This document shows positions 50,201-64,000 of a stretch of 64,000 bases of DNA, piece by piece. A model generated the notes under the pieces. That model was not told the origin of the DNA, searched no databases, and was given only the letters and a program-made list of their open reading frames with translations. The stretch is taken from positions 17,856,001-17,920,000 of the forward strand of contig OX442314.1 of assembly GCA_949358305.1 (NCBI GenBank), in the 5' to 3' direction. The number at the start of each line of letters is the position of its first letter. The first letter of the stretch is position 1. The DNA is from Strigamia acuminata (taxonomy: Eukaryota). A program made the position numbers and the translations under genes.

Positions 50201-53200
50201 GATAAACGAGGAAAAATTATCCTTTAATTTAAAAAGTGATAAAAATACATGACCCAAAGTTGAAGTAGTTTTTTTTTCCTTCTTTCAAAAAAAAAGAATA
50301 TATATATATATATATAAAAACTAGATTGTGTCGAGTTAAAAAAAGAATAGGGTGTTTTCTTCCTTCCCTCTTTTGGAGATACTTGTATGGGTAAATAAGC
50401 AGGAAAAGAAGAAAAGGTGATTTTTCATTATTTCGCTTGATAAACGTCAGAAGTGACACACACCAGCGCATCAATTTTGACGACTAACAATGAGTAAGAC
50501 TTTTGAATTAAAATGGCGTCCACTTTCGATAAAAGCAGTGGGTGTGTATAAGTGATTAAAAGCATCGTTTGGGTAAAATTTTTTCCGCTTCCTACATTTA
50601 ACGGGGCAGGTGTCCGAGAATTACTCCACCCCTCCTTCCGGCCCACTTGTACATCCAAAACAAAGGAAAGCAGGCCCTAGCATGGGACATTGATGGCTCT
50701 GTAAGTATTCATTCAAGGAAGAGTGGCAGGAAGTTATCTCTAGTCACTATGACAACAGTTCCCTGCCACCCATCTGGCGCCATTGTCCGTTGAGTATTTT
50801 TTTTTTCAAAGGTAACCATTCACTACATGCATGAGTTATACATCTTTTTTATGCTTCTCCAATTTGTATACTTTTTTGTTGTTGTTGTTGTTGTTGTTGT
50901 TGTTACTTCTGTGCGAATGTGTCAGTTGGAATGGCTCGCAATTACTGTTCGCAATTTTTCAGAGAAAATTTTCCAAATTTATTTTTTTTATTTAATTTAT
51001 TTTTTTACCGAAAGGTTATTAAAATTGCCTGTCGAATCCCAACCTGTTTTAAGTTATTATTTTAATGAGAAGCAGGATGTTGCAAAATGGTTGTCTTTTC
51101 ACTCGCTTCGAGACAAAACGAGGTCCTTTTCTCCAATTTCCAGCAGAAAAAAAAATAAAAAAAATAAATAAAAAATAGATAGTGAAAGAGCAAGCAGATG
51201 GGGATGGGAGCGTTCTTTGCTTTTAAGTGGTCTCGACAACATTCTGGGAAAAATAAACCTGTAATGAATTTTAATTTATTGTAATTGCCCCTTGGGCTCT
51301 CCTGTATGAGTGGGCGGGGGTGGTGATGGCGAGCGAGCACTGAATTGGATATTCCTCGTTCAAAAAAATATATATTTGGAGGGGGGGAAAAAAATAATAG
51401 TGGGAAAAAATATAAAGTGAAAAGTTTGAGATATTTTTTCCGCCCATTTACTTGAAAAATGTTTTGCGGGGAAGATTGACTGCACATTTAATGAGAAAAT
51501 CCACCCTTGCTTTTGTTTGACACTTATTAATTTCTCCAGACGCCATTTCTTTTCTTTTTCCTCTCTTCTGTTTAAATTACAATTAAGAAATTAACTTTTA
51601 AAAACGTACATACACACACTTTCAAATTTAAAATAAAAAAAGTAATAATCAAACCTCATGTTTTAATTTCACAAAGGAATTTAAATATCAAATAATATTA
51701 GATGCTTGCATTGAAAACATTTTTTTTTTAAATATTCAAATAAAAAAATATATGTACCAGTATGTTAATTTCCAAAGCAATTTTGCTCTTTTGGAAAAGT
51801 GCCATCAACCTAAAGAACCAATGGCAAAATAAATAATTAAAAAAAAAAGAAGAAAAACCAACTTCGCTTACCCCTCCCTGCAGACACACAATTTATCTGC
51901 GGTCTTCCCAAACTGGCTTCCCATCTTCTCTTTAACCAATAAAAGCTCGATCCGACCTTTCTAATAGTACTCCCAATCGCATTTTTTTCTTCTTCCATTT
52001 TTTTTTTACTTGTTTCTCATAATCCCCATTAAACTATCAATTTTTTTCAACTAAAAAACATTTTCTCTACCCGAATTCTCCCTCAGTGCATAAAAAATTG
52101 CTTATTGCATTTACTTTTTTTCTCCTCGATGCCTTCAGGGGAAAGAAATAATCTTTTCCACTATGTAATCTATTTATCATCCTCCAGTAATTTCAGCGAA
52201 TTTTCAGCAATATTTGTCTCGTTCTTTGCTAAAGGGGGAAAATGATTTAAAAACTACACGTTTTAGGGGAGAAAGTGACTATATGGTTTGAAAAATTTCG
52301 TGCTAAGTTTCAACCGGATCTAAACGAGCCAAAATAACAGGCATTTCTTGGCTTTTTTTGTAATTTTTTTTTCAAAAAAAAAAAAAAAAAAAAATTGGTA
52401 TTTTATTATTATTTAAAAATTCCACCAGCCGAAAAATCCAGTCAATCATTTTTTTTGTAAACGTTAGTGTCCTTGGATGTTAAAGCTTAACTTTTTTTTT
52501 AAACTAGTCAAACGATATTACGATCTAGTGGAAAAATAGACGTCTAAACCTATCAAACTCATCCCTAGTTCTAATTTCTTTGCTCTTTAGCCAAGTGTTT
52601 ATTTATGGAGAACACCTTAAATCACAGTCAACCTGTTTACAACGCAACTCTTTAGTGGTACCGGTATTTAAAAAGTTATTCCAAACAAAGAACTCGAGTC
52701 GATCCTTGCTAAATTCATCGTTTAAATCACCACACTGACACGTGATCCCAAACTCAAACCCTAAGACGATTACAAACGCGAGAAACAAAATACCACTTTT
52801 CCTGTCATTTGTCATTTTTCACTTACGTCACATTTCGGAAATAGCAAGAGCATCACTAAAGTTTACTAAAAAAAAAAAAATTAATTAAAAAATTCCAAAT
52901 TTCAGGCAGAAAATAATGTCAGACATGTCCTCATCGCTTCTGCTGACCTTGCTGACTTGCTGTGGGTCCAATAAAAAGCAAAGGACAATTAAAGAACACG
53001 TTCAAGTGTCTTAACACATGTCAAACTTCCGAGTCATGAAAGGTAAGTTCAGGGCTGCTGATGTTCTATTTGTGTTTGGCATATTTCATGCCTCAAACAC
53101 TGTAATTTAGGAGTAATTAAAGGACATGTTTTCACTGAGAACTATTGTAGTCGGCTGACTTTTTGGTTGCCAAGTGATAATGGCTTGGCAACCGTGCAAT

Positions 53201-56200
53201 TGTTGCGATTACCATATGTAAACTATGCGATTTCGATATTGATGCGTCCCGACTCCCGAGACATACAGTAATGGCGACTGCGATGTGTTACAAGATACCA
53301 ATTTATAAATCGTTCGGTGTCTCTCCATTGCCAAGAAAAGTTGTTTTCATTTTTCTTTTTTTCTTTTCTAAGTTTAAAAAGAGAATTTTTGGAAAAATGC
53401 CCCCGCTCGAGTAAAGAGAAGAGGGAAAAAAATTCTTCTCTTCTGGAAACTAGACAACAAGGATACCCATTGAGAACCTGAAAAATGCTCATATCTTGAC
53501 AAAAAAAGGCGAATCTTTTCTTGGAGAAACTTGTGCAGTTAACATAAGAAGCGGGCAAAAAAATGCACTCGTTTGATTCCCGCCTTCATCTTTTAGGAAA
53601 ATCTTGTGCCATTACAGGAATCATTTTTCATCCTGACACAGTACATAAAATCGTGACAAAGCTAGTGGAACTCTGAGCTAAATTTTAAGCGTATGATTAA
53701 TGAATTCGGAGATATTTCCTGTACAATTATGGAAGCAATCAACAACCCCATGGAACCCAAAGAGTTGCCCATTTTTTCCATCGTCGCCTTTCACTGCATA
53801 TACGAAGGCAGCGATTTAACCTCTTGAACCACAGTTTGTTATATTTCTAAAAAGAATGGTGCTCGCGGAACAGAAAGAGGTTTTGAATCAAAAGAAAAAC
53901 ACAATGTTACTCGAGCACACACTGATGCGCTTCAAAGATGGACCTCCTGTCAGATGCAACTGTGCGCCATAAAGAAAGGCCCGTTGAATGGGTTCAAAGG
54001 GTAGAACGAGTAGCGCGAAACAAAATGAAAAGAACGGAACGGAAAGGGAGAGAGAGAGAGAACGAGGTGGAACAACTACATCTCCAGAAATTCAAGTTCG
54101 GCCATATTTTTTTCGCTCAAAAATTCCTACAAAAGGGCTTGATAACAAAGACAAGCCAGTATACACAAACACTATTTGGTATGGTAGAGTCTGTTGGAAA
54201 CCGGGATTTTTGTCCATTCTACCTTCTCCCCCCTTGATCCACTGACCTTTTACGTACACATCATTCATTGAGTATTCCTATCACGAAGTAGCCACTGATC
54301 AGCATCACTACCCTTTTCATCCTAGCTTACTGGTTCAAATCCAAGCCTCCTCCCCCCACATTCACACCTGCCCTCTTACCTTTTCAACTAGTTTCAAGCC
54401 ACCGATAATAGATTCTATCAACAAATCAATCCCCAAAAAATCTAGTGTAAATATCAGATAAATTAGAGCAAGAATTAAACACAGCTTGACGTTTGGAAAC
54501 AAATGGTGAGACAGAATAAACCGCAAACGAGCTTCTTTCAAGTGGAGATGGCAAATGAGCTTTTCTATTTTTTTTTCTCCTCTTCTTTGGAGGTCCGTCA
54601 TGTTACTTGTCAACACAGATAGAACTACGGCGTTTAATTACGGTGAACGAGTACACAGCTGACAGAAAATCAGTTGCAGATAAACCACCACCAACCACCA
54701 CCTTTCGAACGTTGAACCCATTTCAATAAATTACAAATTCCAGGATTTTGCCCTCAATTTTTTTTTTCCAACTGCACATTACACAAAAGAGGGCAAAAAA
54801 ATGACCACCCCTTATTTCCACCTCCTTTTATATTTTTCGAATTTTTTTCTTTTTTACCCCTTTCACAAAAGAACCTGGAAATGTGTGGAAAAAAGGGGTG
54901 TCACGATTTTTTATATCTTTCTCAAGCCCCCGCAAAAGGAGGGAAATTTGCATTCATGCAAATGGGTGCCAGGTATACAGCCCCCCTCCTTACCTCCCTC
55001 TCACCAATCTTATAAGGGCACATTGCCCATTGGCTGACCGTCTAGACGCTAGGGGGTGCAGCGGGTTGGGATTCCAGGGGTGGCTTTTGTAGCTCGTATG
55101 CAAATTTGTGTGCCATGCCCCTTGCAAAATGCCTCAAGAATTTCTTATATTTTTTTCCAGCTTGGGTGTATAAAGGGATGACTACTAAACGAGCCCCAGA
55201 AGGCCGAGTGGGAGGAAGGGAGATTGAAAAAGGGGTTAGGAATGAAAAAAGTGGGCATAGACGTCGTTACCTAAATCCAGATAGAATGGGGAAACTCGGG
55301 CATGAGGCATGATGGGGCTTTTAATATCACAACTCACCTTTAAAACTTTTACCAGTACCCGTTTTTTCCCATGAAAAGGGACTCTCTGCTCCTACTATTT
55401 GAATTATTGTGGGAAAGAAATACAAACTGGTCCAATCTCCACGTAAGCCCAAACACTCTTTTACATTATTATTTATAGCCGCTAATTGGATTGAAATGCC
55501 GGTAATAACACCTTTGCAACGTTGTTTAAATTTATTCAATTTAATTTTTTTTTTCGCTGAACGTTTGCAGAGAATTAAAGAGAAGGACTACTGAAATCCC
55601 GCCGTCTTTCTTTTTTGGGGTTTGGGGTTTGGTAAATTGGAAGGAAAAAAAAATGTATGTATGTATATAAACGCCCTTTTCAATCAAATTTTGTTCCATA
55701 AAAATGTTGCAACGATTTTAAAGTTGCCAAATGTATACTCCCAAAGAAAAATTTAAAGAAAAAAAATTTTTGAAAAAAAGACGATATTTTAATCATTTCC
55801 CTGACGACCAGATGGTCAAATTCTCTCTCTACTAATTAAGTTGCATCTATGTTTTAAGCCGCCATTATTATTATAAATTCCCTCGCCTATCCCATCAATG
55901 TTGAAGGGAGTCGCCAGCCTGCTATTACAACATCTGCGATGTTCATTTTGAGCTACAAAAACATTTAACATTTATTTCATTTTTTTTTTAAATGTAAATA
56001 AATTCCAAATAAAAACTAACTCACACATGCAGCACCCTATAATTAAATGTAATTCCATTTTCATTTTTTTTTTAAATTTCAGTTAAAAACAATTTATTTA
56101 AAAAAATAATAATAAATAACTAAAATTAAAAAAAAAGTTTTAAAAAATGAATGAACAGAGAGCCATGAAGATCAGTGAAAGCTATTCTCTCACGACCATT

Positions 56201-59200
56201 AAGACATTTCCTGTTGTTAACCATCATGCACTAAAAAGAAAAACTGTTCCCATTATTAAAATTGCTTGTACATGACTTTCCTGAGAAATGCTTGGACATA
56301 TTCAAATATTAACACGTAGGCCACTCCCAGACCCATTGTCCATTCATAAAATAAAAATGCGCATCTTCCCCATAGACATTGACATTTTAAAAAAAAATAT
56401 TTCAAAATATTGTCTGAAATGTTGACCTGGCAAACGGTTGAATAGTTAGCACCAGAGTGTCGGTGTTCCCGCTCGGGTTCGTCCATATTTGATTCTGGAA
56501 ACTTCGTTTTGGTCGTTATCAATGTGTTGCGAGATCTTTTCTTCTCTTTTATCCGGCTTCTCACGGTTAAATGAACAATGTCCGATTTCGTGGCAATTCC
56601 AATATTGCATTGTGGACATGCCTTTTCATCATATCATAAGTTGAGATTTCGTCTCGTGAGAGATATCGAATTTTCTTTTATATATCGTGTCTTTGATCGA
56701 TTTTTTCGTGCGCGATTGAAGATATTCTAAACATCTGAAATTATATCTGTCACGGGTCCCCTCAATTGTAGCATTTATCGTGCCCCGATCAGTCAAGTTC
56801 AACTTTAATCTTTTTACAAAATCTCCGCGCGGTCGTCGATTCTTAGCCGTTTCTCTGCTCGCTCAGTCCGCGTGGTTCCCTTCCCTCGTGCGTCTTGGTT
56901 GTCTGACCTTTCATCGCCTGGTCGTCGGTCAAACATCGTTTAAGGAAGCTTTCTGCATTCCTCAGTTCTTAAAACGTCGACTGGCAATAAAAATCAGGTC
57001 TAGTTGGTTCGAGTTTATAAATTTACTAGAGTAACATAATGGTTGTCGTGATCGGTCATTAGTTAATGGGTCGGGGTCGGCAATGACCGCGAGATGGCGT
57101 TAACCTCACAAAAGCGATGCCATTTTTATGAACGAAGTCGCCAGAAACTATGTGATCCATGACCTCCATCCCGACAGGTGTGTGGGAAGCTCATTGCCAC
57201 AAAACCAAGTTCCGATCGAACCAAGAAAACATCCCGTCAACGAATCCTACGTCCGACCTTCACCGTTACAAGGTGCACACCCACACAAGAAATGTGCATC
57301 AACAATCCTTCAACTTACTTTCTCCACATTTGGAATAGCTGGAGGTCAGCGCGTATCATTGACACAACAAATGAGACCAACTGCTGACCAATTAATAAAA
57401 CACGACTTTTAGAAAAATGAAATTAGGACGAAGGTAATTAATAAACTCGGCACATTTCTTCCAATTACCAAGTACACAAACCTGGTAGTAAAATTGTAAT
57501 TAATTTGCTACGCACCAATCAAACAACACCATCGCAAGACCATCACAGCCATCAGCTTCATTCTCAACACTTCACTGCCCCCAAGTAGCTGGAATAATGA
57601 GCTTTAATTTAGCCCAGTGGTGCAATTAAGACATGTCGTGTCCGACTACAAGTAAACGGCTCAAACGCTTACCGTCGGGTGTTGGCAAAATGTGTTGCTA
57701 CTATATTCACACGAGCCTGAAATTCAATTATCAGCGTCTATCCGAAAAATATTTCTCGCGCGGACAAAGAAATACTGCCAAATTTTATTCAAATAAAAAT
57801 TCATGATAATAAAATAATTAAAAAGAAATCACGGATGCGATTAACCCTTCTACAGTCAAAGTTTGAGACAATGCAGCAGCAATTTTCTCTAGTAGCCGCT
57901 TGTTCACCTGAACGTGGAGGCTTGTAATTTGGATAATCACGTCATGCATAATGAACATGAATACTTATTATTCACAAACAGCTAAATAACCATAAAAAAC
58001 GCCTAACTAATTTCTTCAAATTTCTTTCAATAACCAGAACATTGGTGCGCTCGTTTCGCGCCTATCAATCATTCAATTCAAGATGGAATACACATTACGG
58101 GTTGTCATCTTGAGCGTAAAGTAAGTAACCCACGCAACAGTTCCTCCAGCTAGCGCTAAATAAGATTGCGTGTTTCCAGGAAATCATACAGAACACAAAT
58201 TAATAAATCAAGATCAAGATTATAATTAAAAGATTATATTTAAAGTATTTACTTTCACATACATAGACAAAAGCCTAATTAATCAGATCGACGCAAAATG
58301 CGCATATACTTGTATTTTACATTTTCCGAGCGTTGCAAATCCCCTTCATTTACCGTCATTCCAACGCAAATTATCTCCCGAGCAGCTAAGCAACGTCTTG
58401 AAATAAATTTAAATTAAGCCAAAATGGGAAAACAAGGAATCTTATTCCCCTGATCTTGAATTCAATCTTCAATTTGCCGCTTGAATAATCCACTGCCCTA
58501 ATCCTCTTTACCCTCGATTCTCCTGTTCCCACAAACCCCCTATAACTGTCCCCAACTTAAATCTGCTCCAGTGTTTGGTCAGTGGATTTATGACCGCCTC
58601 CCTCCCTCTCCCTTTCCGCAACCCCAGCACCGGCGGACTCCGTGGACCACAAATTCACCTTTCTGAATATATCATCGGTCCGGGCGGGTTCCTTCACACA
58701 TAAATAAATGTTCGTGAAAATGTTATTTTTTTTTATTACATTTTTTTTATATTCCGTTTCAATTTGCGATACCTAAGTCTTGACCATTTTGCTCACACCC
58801 TATTCTCTCGAAGCCCATGGATGCACGCGTCCCCTTCATCACGCTTGGCCGAATTCGGCATTGGGATTGATGAGAGGGCACGTGTGTAGGCGGGAGAGCA
58901 CACGCCCCGCCCCCGCCCCATTCGTGTCTGACGTAATCGAGCAAACAATTCGAAAAACATGATTTTCCAAATTCTTTTTTATGTAATTCTCTATGTTATT
59001 TCGAGCAATTTTCCACTCATAAGAGGAAATTAAAAACAGAATCTAGCAGAGAGGAAATGAAAAACGAAAACTCGGGCGACAGTCTCGAAAATAAAAACAA
59101 TAACTGAATAAAGACAGCGCGGAAAAGATTAAAAGGGAAATTGACTTGCCACCAAATTGATTCAATCAACGTGACATTCTACACTCGTTTTCGCTTCACA

Positions 59201-60364
59201 TTTTCCTCTAAGTCTGACAAAATTAATCTTATCTCAACAAGTAAATGAAAACTATATTTGGATAAAGCGACTCTAAATATATATCTAAAAAAAAATAGAA
59301 TATTTTTTTTGCTTACCTGAACTGAAGTTGTCTAAGGGTACGTTTTTGGTTAGAGATTCCGCTGTCATGTCGTTGAAACCATAGAGACCCAACAACTCTT
59401 TCATCGTGCTCTCTGCATAGTCCTTCAAAGTGGATGCGTCACCCGTGGAAGGACCCGTCACAGTAGGGGACGTAGGGACGGACAAACACCCCTCCCTCTC
59501 CCACGGAACATCCTCCGTGCGCAGTCTCGAGGCACTTGGATATTGCTGAGAAGGGTCATCACTGGGTGAAACGCCACGCGACGGACTCGTGGCCCCCATG
59601 TTGGGTTGCGCGTCTGAGCTGCAAGAAGAATGATCGCCTTCCGCGTTGGCATCTTTGGAACCTTTGGTCAAGTCCATGGCCAACGAGTCGGAATCGTCAC
59701 TGTTATCGCTCATGTTATCACCTCCCGGAGAATGAGATCTCACACTTAGGTCCATTGGTCCCGTGCCAGTTGTTTCAAACTGTAACGTCATTCGAGCCCC
59801 GTCGTTTAATTCCATCGACTGCTGACACTCCTCCTCGCTCTCCACGAGTCTCTGGTGGGACGCCGTGGCCACTTCGTCGCCGCTGCATGGCCCGGCCGTC
59901 ATCAAGTCGCCGGTGGAAGTCGTGGAATAATCGTCTTCGGCCAGCCCCTCGCACGATTCGTACTGATAAACGATGTTACGAGGTTTAAAGTTTTTTCTCT
60001 TATTTCTCCTTTCGTTGAGTCCGGCAGGCGCGGACGACGGTGGCGTCGACGCGGATCCCCCGTCCTCCGCAACGTCGTTGGTCGCGGAGAACGCGGCCGA
60101 ATAACTGAGACCGTATTCGGTATTGCTATTGTCGTCGTCGGTGTCGAACATGAGTCCGCTGCCGGCATCCGCGGAAGTGGTAGCCACTTCACCGCTGCGG
60201 CCGTTGTGTCGGTACAAGTCGTCCTCGTCCCCGGTATCGTCAGCCGTGTCATCGTCCTCATCCTCGGTGCTTCTTTTCAGCTTTTCGCAAATAGAATTCA
60301 GCCCTTTAAACACAGGTGTAGCGCTCGGTTGCTGTTTGGCCATGGTGCTCATCACTACAGACAT
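38207..60364 (-). CDS. cas: Zinc finger transcription factor Castor (CASZ1 orthologue), 16 coding exons, ~1821 aa
   Basis: Exons 60364-59317, 46673-46396, 46327-46168, 44187-44091, 44007-43920, 43851-43687, 43165-42949, 42791-42654, 42581-42415, 42340-42073, 41948-41777, 41719-41473, 41399-41214, 41141-40848, 40307-39537, 39376-38207. Total 5466 nt, phases consistent. Hallmarks: [76 protein letters not shown], and 12 H-(F/Y/I)-H-C fingers. An acceptor at 60432 with in-frame stops before the ATG implies upstream non-coding exon(s). Confidence 0.93.
40757..40774 (-). CDS. cas: Candidate 18-nt castor microexon (KCDTYQ)
   Basis: Long pyrimidine tract, then CCTGCAGCACAG|AAATGTGATACATATCAG|GTTTTC. 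Phase 0-0. The donor is weak and there is a competing upstream AG. Confidence 0.35.
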
Positions 60365-63300
60365 GTTCCCAACTCCCCCACAATTACTGTTGCAGCTACG
60401 TCTTCATTACAGCGTCTCCTACGTACTCTATCTGTATGCGAAAAAATACAAAAATACAAATAACAAAATTAGTTTTCATGGCTCAATAAGCAGATGTCTC
60501 CTTTTAAAAATGAAATGTGCTGATAACAATAAATGTAATAAATATATATACACAGAATGACCTTTGTTTTTTTTCTTCTTTTCTTTCTTTATAAATATTC
60601 AAACGAATAAAAAAATATATTTTTTCCCCTATGAATACTGGCGTTCAACCGTGACCAAAAAATGACAAATTCAAATAGGATGTTAGTGCGCATTGCACAT
60701 GCAATTTTATTTTACACGCTTTGAATTTGTAAAACAATGTCAATTGGGGTCTTCGCGTCCTTCACCGCTTCTCTGGGTTAGCAAACGGACAAAGATACCT
60801 GGAGGACACAGCACCAGGTGAAAAGAACTAATATCTCATAGAAGCAAACACCTGCCGCCCTCACCGACCCCAACCCGAGCTCAGGGCTGCCAAGTGCGGG
60901 TGGCTGACCCTGGTTTTCTTCCCGATACCCGTACAAACTTGCAAAATTAGAATAATAATTTTTCAAAACGGAAAATTAATAATTAATAACAGTTTTCGAC
61001 GAATACGAAAACTGGTGGAGCAAATTTAATGGGATTCGTTTTACATCAACGAACTACCACGTTGGAATGCTATCTTACTCATTCATGTTGAATGCAATTG
61101 GAGATGGCACGAGTCACCGGGTTGAGTAAGAGGTCAATCCTTTACTTCCTTTTCTCGAATTGGCGAAATAGAAACTGTTTTGCTGATCGTCAAAGTTTCA
61201 GTTTTTGATTTTAATTTTTTTTTTCTTCCCATCCACTAATATTTTCTCACTCACTTTACTCCCTACTTAACACCACGGGAACCGATTCCTAAACCCCTTA
61301 TTACTTTGCAACTTGTAAATAGTGCATTTTGCAGGTAGAAAAAAAGTGTATAATTGCATGCGCTGAATGCATATTACTAGTTTTTTAGGGGAAAAATTAT
61401 TCTTCTTTTTTTATCACGCAAGAATAACGGCGATGACTCCTTTTTCGCACGCAAAGGGGCATCTATCTCTGCATGCAGATGACTCGCTTTTGTCCCTCGC
61501 ATATTTATTTTTTCTAAGAAAATAAATAAGATAAGAGGAAAGAGAGAGCAGTGAATCGAAAAACAATTGCCTTCATGACCACTCATGCACGAATGATGCA
61601 AACTAAGTCACTTTATACAAAGAAAAATAAAAATAATATTAGTATTCCTTCCTCCTCACACCTAATCTTGGAAGAATGAAGAAAGAAGAAAAAAGAAAAA
61701 CGAAATAAAAATAAGAAAGATGCAATTAGACACACCCATTGCCATGAATAATAAAGATCAACGTACAAAGACCTCTTGTAAATTACCTTATCTATTTTCA
61801 AGTGTGCGTCAATCAATTCAATCAATCAAGTCGAGTGACTGTACACCAATTAGAAATGAATTACAATTTTAAATTTTAGAAAATTTTAATATAAAATAAA
61901 AGCAAAAATCAAGACGGATCTCAAATTTGTAATTCCCTTTTATTAATAGTTAAACAAATTAATACTTTCGGCGAATTATCCATCGTAAAAATTCCAAAAC
62001 AAGTTCGTAAAAAAAATATAACTCCCAAATTTTTCCATCAAATAATTTTTTTTGTATTAATATTATATATTTTTAAAAAAAAAATGGACTGGGGAGATTG
62101 AACAAGAAAAATCCGTCCTACTCTAAAATCTCTAAGGAATGCACCCACCTCAATTACACCCAAAGACCCAAAAAAAAAATATGGAATAAAAAGAGAGAAA
62201 AGAAAGAGATGAGATGATGGTGGTTGAGATCTGACAGGTGAATGCAAGTGGTCCATCTGCACACAAAGAGAAATCTCATCTCTTAAATTCCATTTTAGCA
62301 CTACCCCTCGATTTGAATTGACCTTTTAAAAGACCTGTCTCGATTTAGAGGGAAAAAAAGAAAAAGTCATCAACTATTTTTAAAACTTAAAAAAAAAAAG
62401 CCAAGTAATAAAACGAAATTTATTCTTTATTGTCCCCAGATCCAGATTCAGAAGCCAGATTAGGAAATAAAGGGCAAAAGGAAAACGGAAAACAGGTTTC
62501 CCTCTTTAGACCATCTTAAATAAAAGAGACCCCCGCAAAAATATGTACGGGGTTGCTCTTCAAACCGCACCGCGCATGTGCTGAGTCACCGAGAGACGCG
62601 CGCGTTTTTTCGCTTATTGTACGCATGTTTTTTAGCGAGACAACGTCCAAAAAGTGATGAATGAAATGTCCGACTCAGGCTAACCTCACCTCCCTTCCGA
62701 TGTGTAGGGGTTTTCAGCAAAAAAAAAGAGAAAAAAAAAGTAGGGGTATGGGTGGGTGGGGGGTAGTTAGCAATTGTGCACCATATAAGGAAAATGACTT
62801 TGAAAAATGACAGCTATATGCCCCCCACCTCCTCCCCCCGCTGGCCCTTCATTTTTTAAAGATAAATATCGTGTTCTTAAAATGCCATTGCTTCACCTAA
62901 TGGGGCAATATTGTTAAGATGGCGGGTAAGGGAAAGGGGAAAGAGAAATATGGACGCGAGAGAAAAAAGAGAGAAAAAAAATACCCCTTCTCCCCGCTTT
63001 ACCCTTGTGCTCAAGTGGCCTCTTGGGTAGCTGCACGTGAAGTAGACGTAGAGTCGCAAACAATGAACGGGAAAAACCGCACGCAGTTGCCATGGCGACA
63101 GCACCCAAAAAAGAGGTTCCAAAAGATTTTTCCCATTCATTTGGGCGAGAAAGGGGGAAATATTAGGATGAAAAATGACTTTGACAAATGGAAAACGGAG
63201 AACGCGACGCAGACGCTTGAATGTAATAAAATTATGTATAGAATAAAAAAAAAATATACATATATAAAAGGAAGAAAAAATTGTATATCAAAGACATGCA

Positions 63301-64000
63301 AAAATCGAACGCGACGTAGGAAATGAAAGAAATAATAGACACAATTTGCCTTCTTCACGTAATTACAACTCAAATCGGACGTGGGTCAACCCTTTTCAAC
63401 CCGTAATAACCGCTTAATAATAATAATAATAATAAAGCCTGACAAGTTACGGGTATATATTGCCAAAAGAAAAACAAGTAAATAGAAAAAACAACAAAGC
63501 ATTACCATTACGAAAAGCATCCATGTAGATCGGGAAAAATGGGAAGAGTTTACGATGGGAGATGAATCTATCTTTCTATCTATCTCCCCGTGACCGTGGA
63601 AGGAGGCACGTCACACGTGGAGAGGATCATGTGCGAGTGCGAGATAAAGCATCCAGACTAAACTAAAGTTTGGATGTGGCAAATTGGAGTTTGTTTTTTT
63701 GTTTACCTGATGACGAACGGAGTCTTTGTCGTTTGTCGTGCATTAAATCTCTCCAACAAACGGACGTGAAGGAAAGCGACGAGGCTGTGTGCAGCGTGTA
63801 CGTAGTAGTGAACGGGCGCCCAGTCCATCATGTAACAATTGTCCACTGGTTTATCTTTTTCCTCGCTCCGAGTGTCTTGTCATTTGTAAATCACCACCTC
63901 GCGAAAACACTAATGTCTTGACGAGACGCGTGTGTACGAGCCGCAGCCGGCGTCTCCACGACCCTGAATAACTGTTGATTGCGCGGCACCCCCCTGCGGC

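Noticed and set aside
56440..57700. Less AT-rich block with 70-100 aa ORFs in castor intron 1 (nested gene or retroelement?)
   Set aside because: No recognisable domain, LTR, TIR or consistent exon chain was found. It may be regulatory DNA, but that cannot be supported from sequence alone.

Overview
AT-rich animal genomic DNA with GT-AG introns, many of them 55-80 nt. It is probably an arthropod or other protostome (inference from protein style and intron size). Four protein-coding genes could be spliced by hand with consistent frames. (1) Agrin, + strand, 26 exons, 100-22334, ~1637 aa. (2) An initiator-type caspase of the caspase-2/Dronc kind, + strand, 11 exons, 23886-26030, ~475 aa, whose prodomain is tandemly duplicated. 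(3) A divergent BTB-BACK-kelch-like gene with an intronless CDS, 32210-33790. (4) castor/CASZ1, - strand, 16 coding exons, 60364-38207, ~1821 aa, with 12 Castor-type zinc fingers. The interval 27.2-36.7 kb is a nest of non-autonomous DNA transposons: a Helentron/DINE-1-like element with an amplified hairpin, a MULE/foldback element with a 10-bp TSD, and a TA-flanked MITE carrying a nested hAT MITE. It also holds divergently oriented CTCF-like motifs. The most notable observations are a 57-nt in-frame cassette exon exactly at the agrin z (B) site, the double-prodomain caspase with a DEVD linker, and intronic long-range RNA duplexes next to candidate microexons. Most short ORFs in the supplied track are spurious. 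All exon coordinates are manual and have no transcript support.
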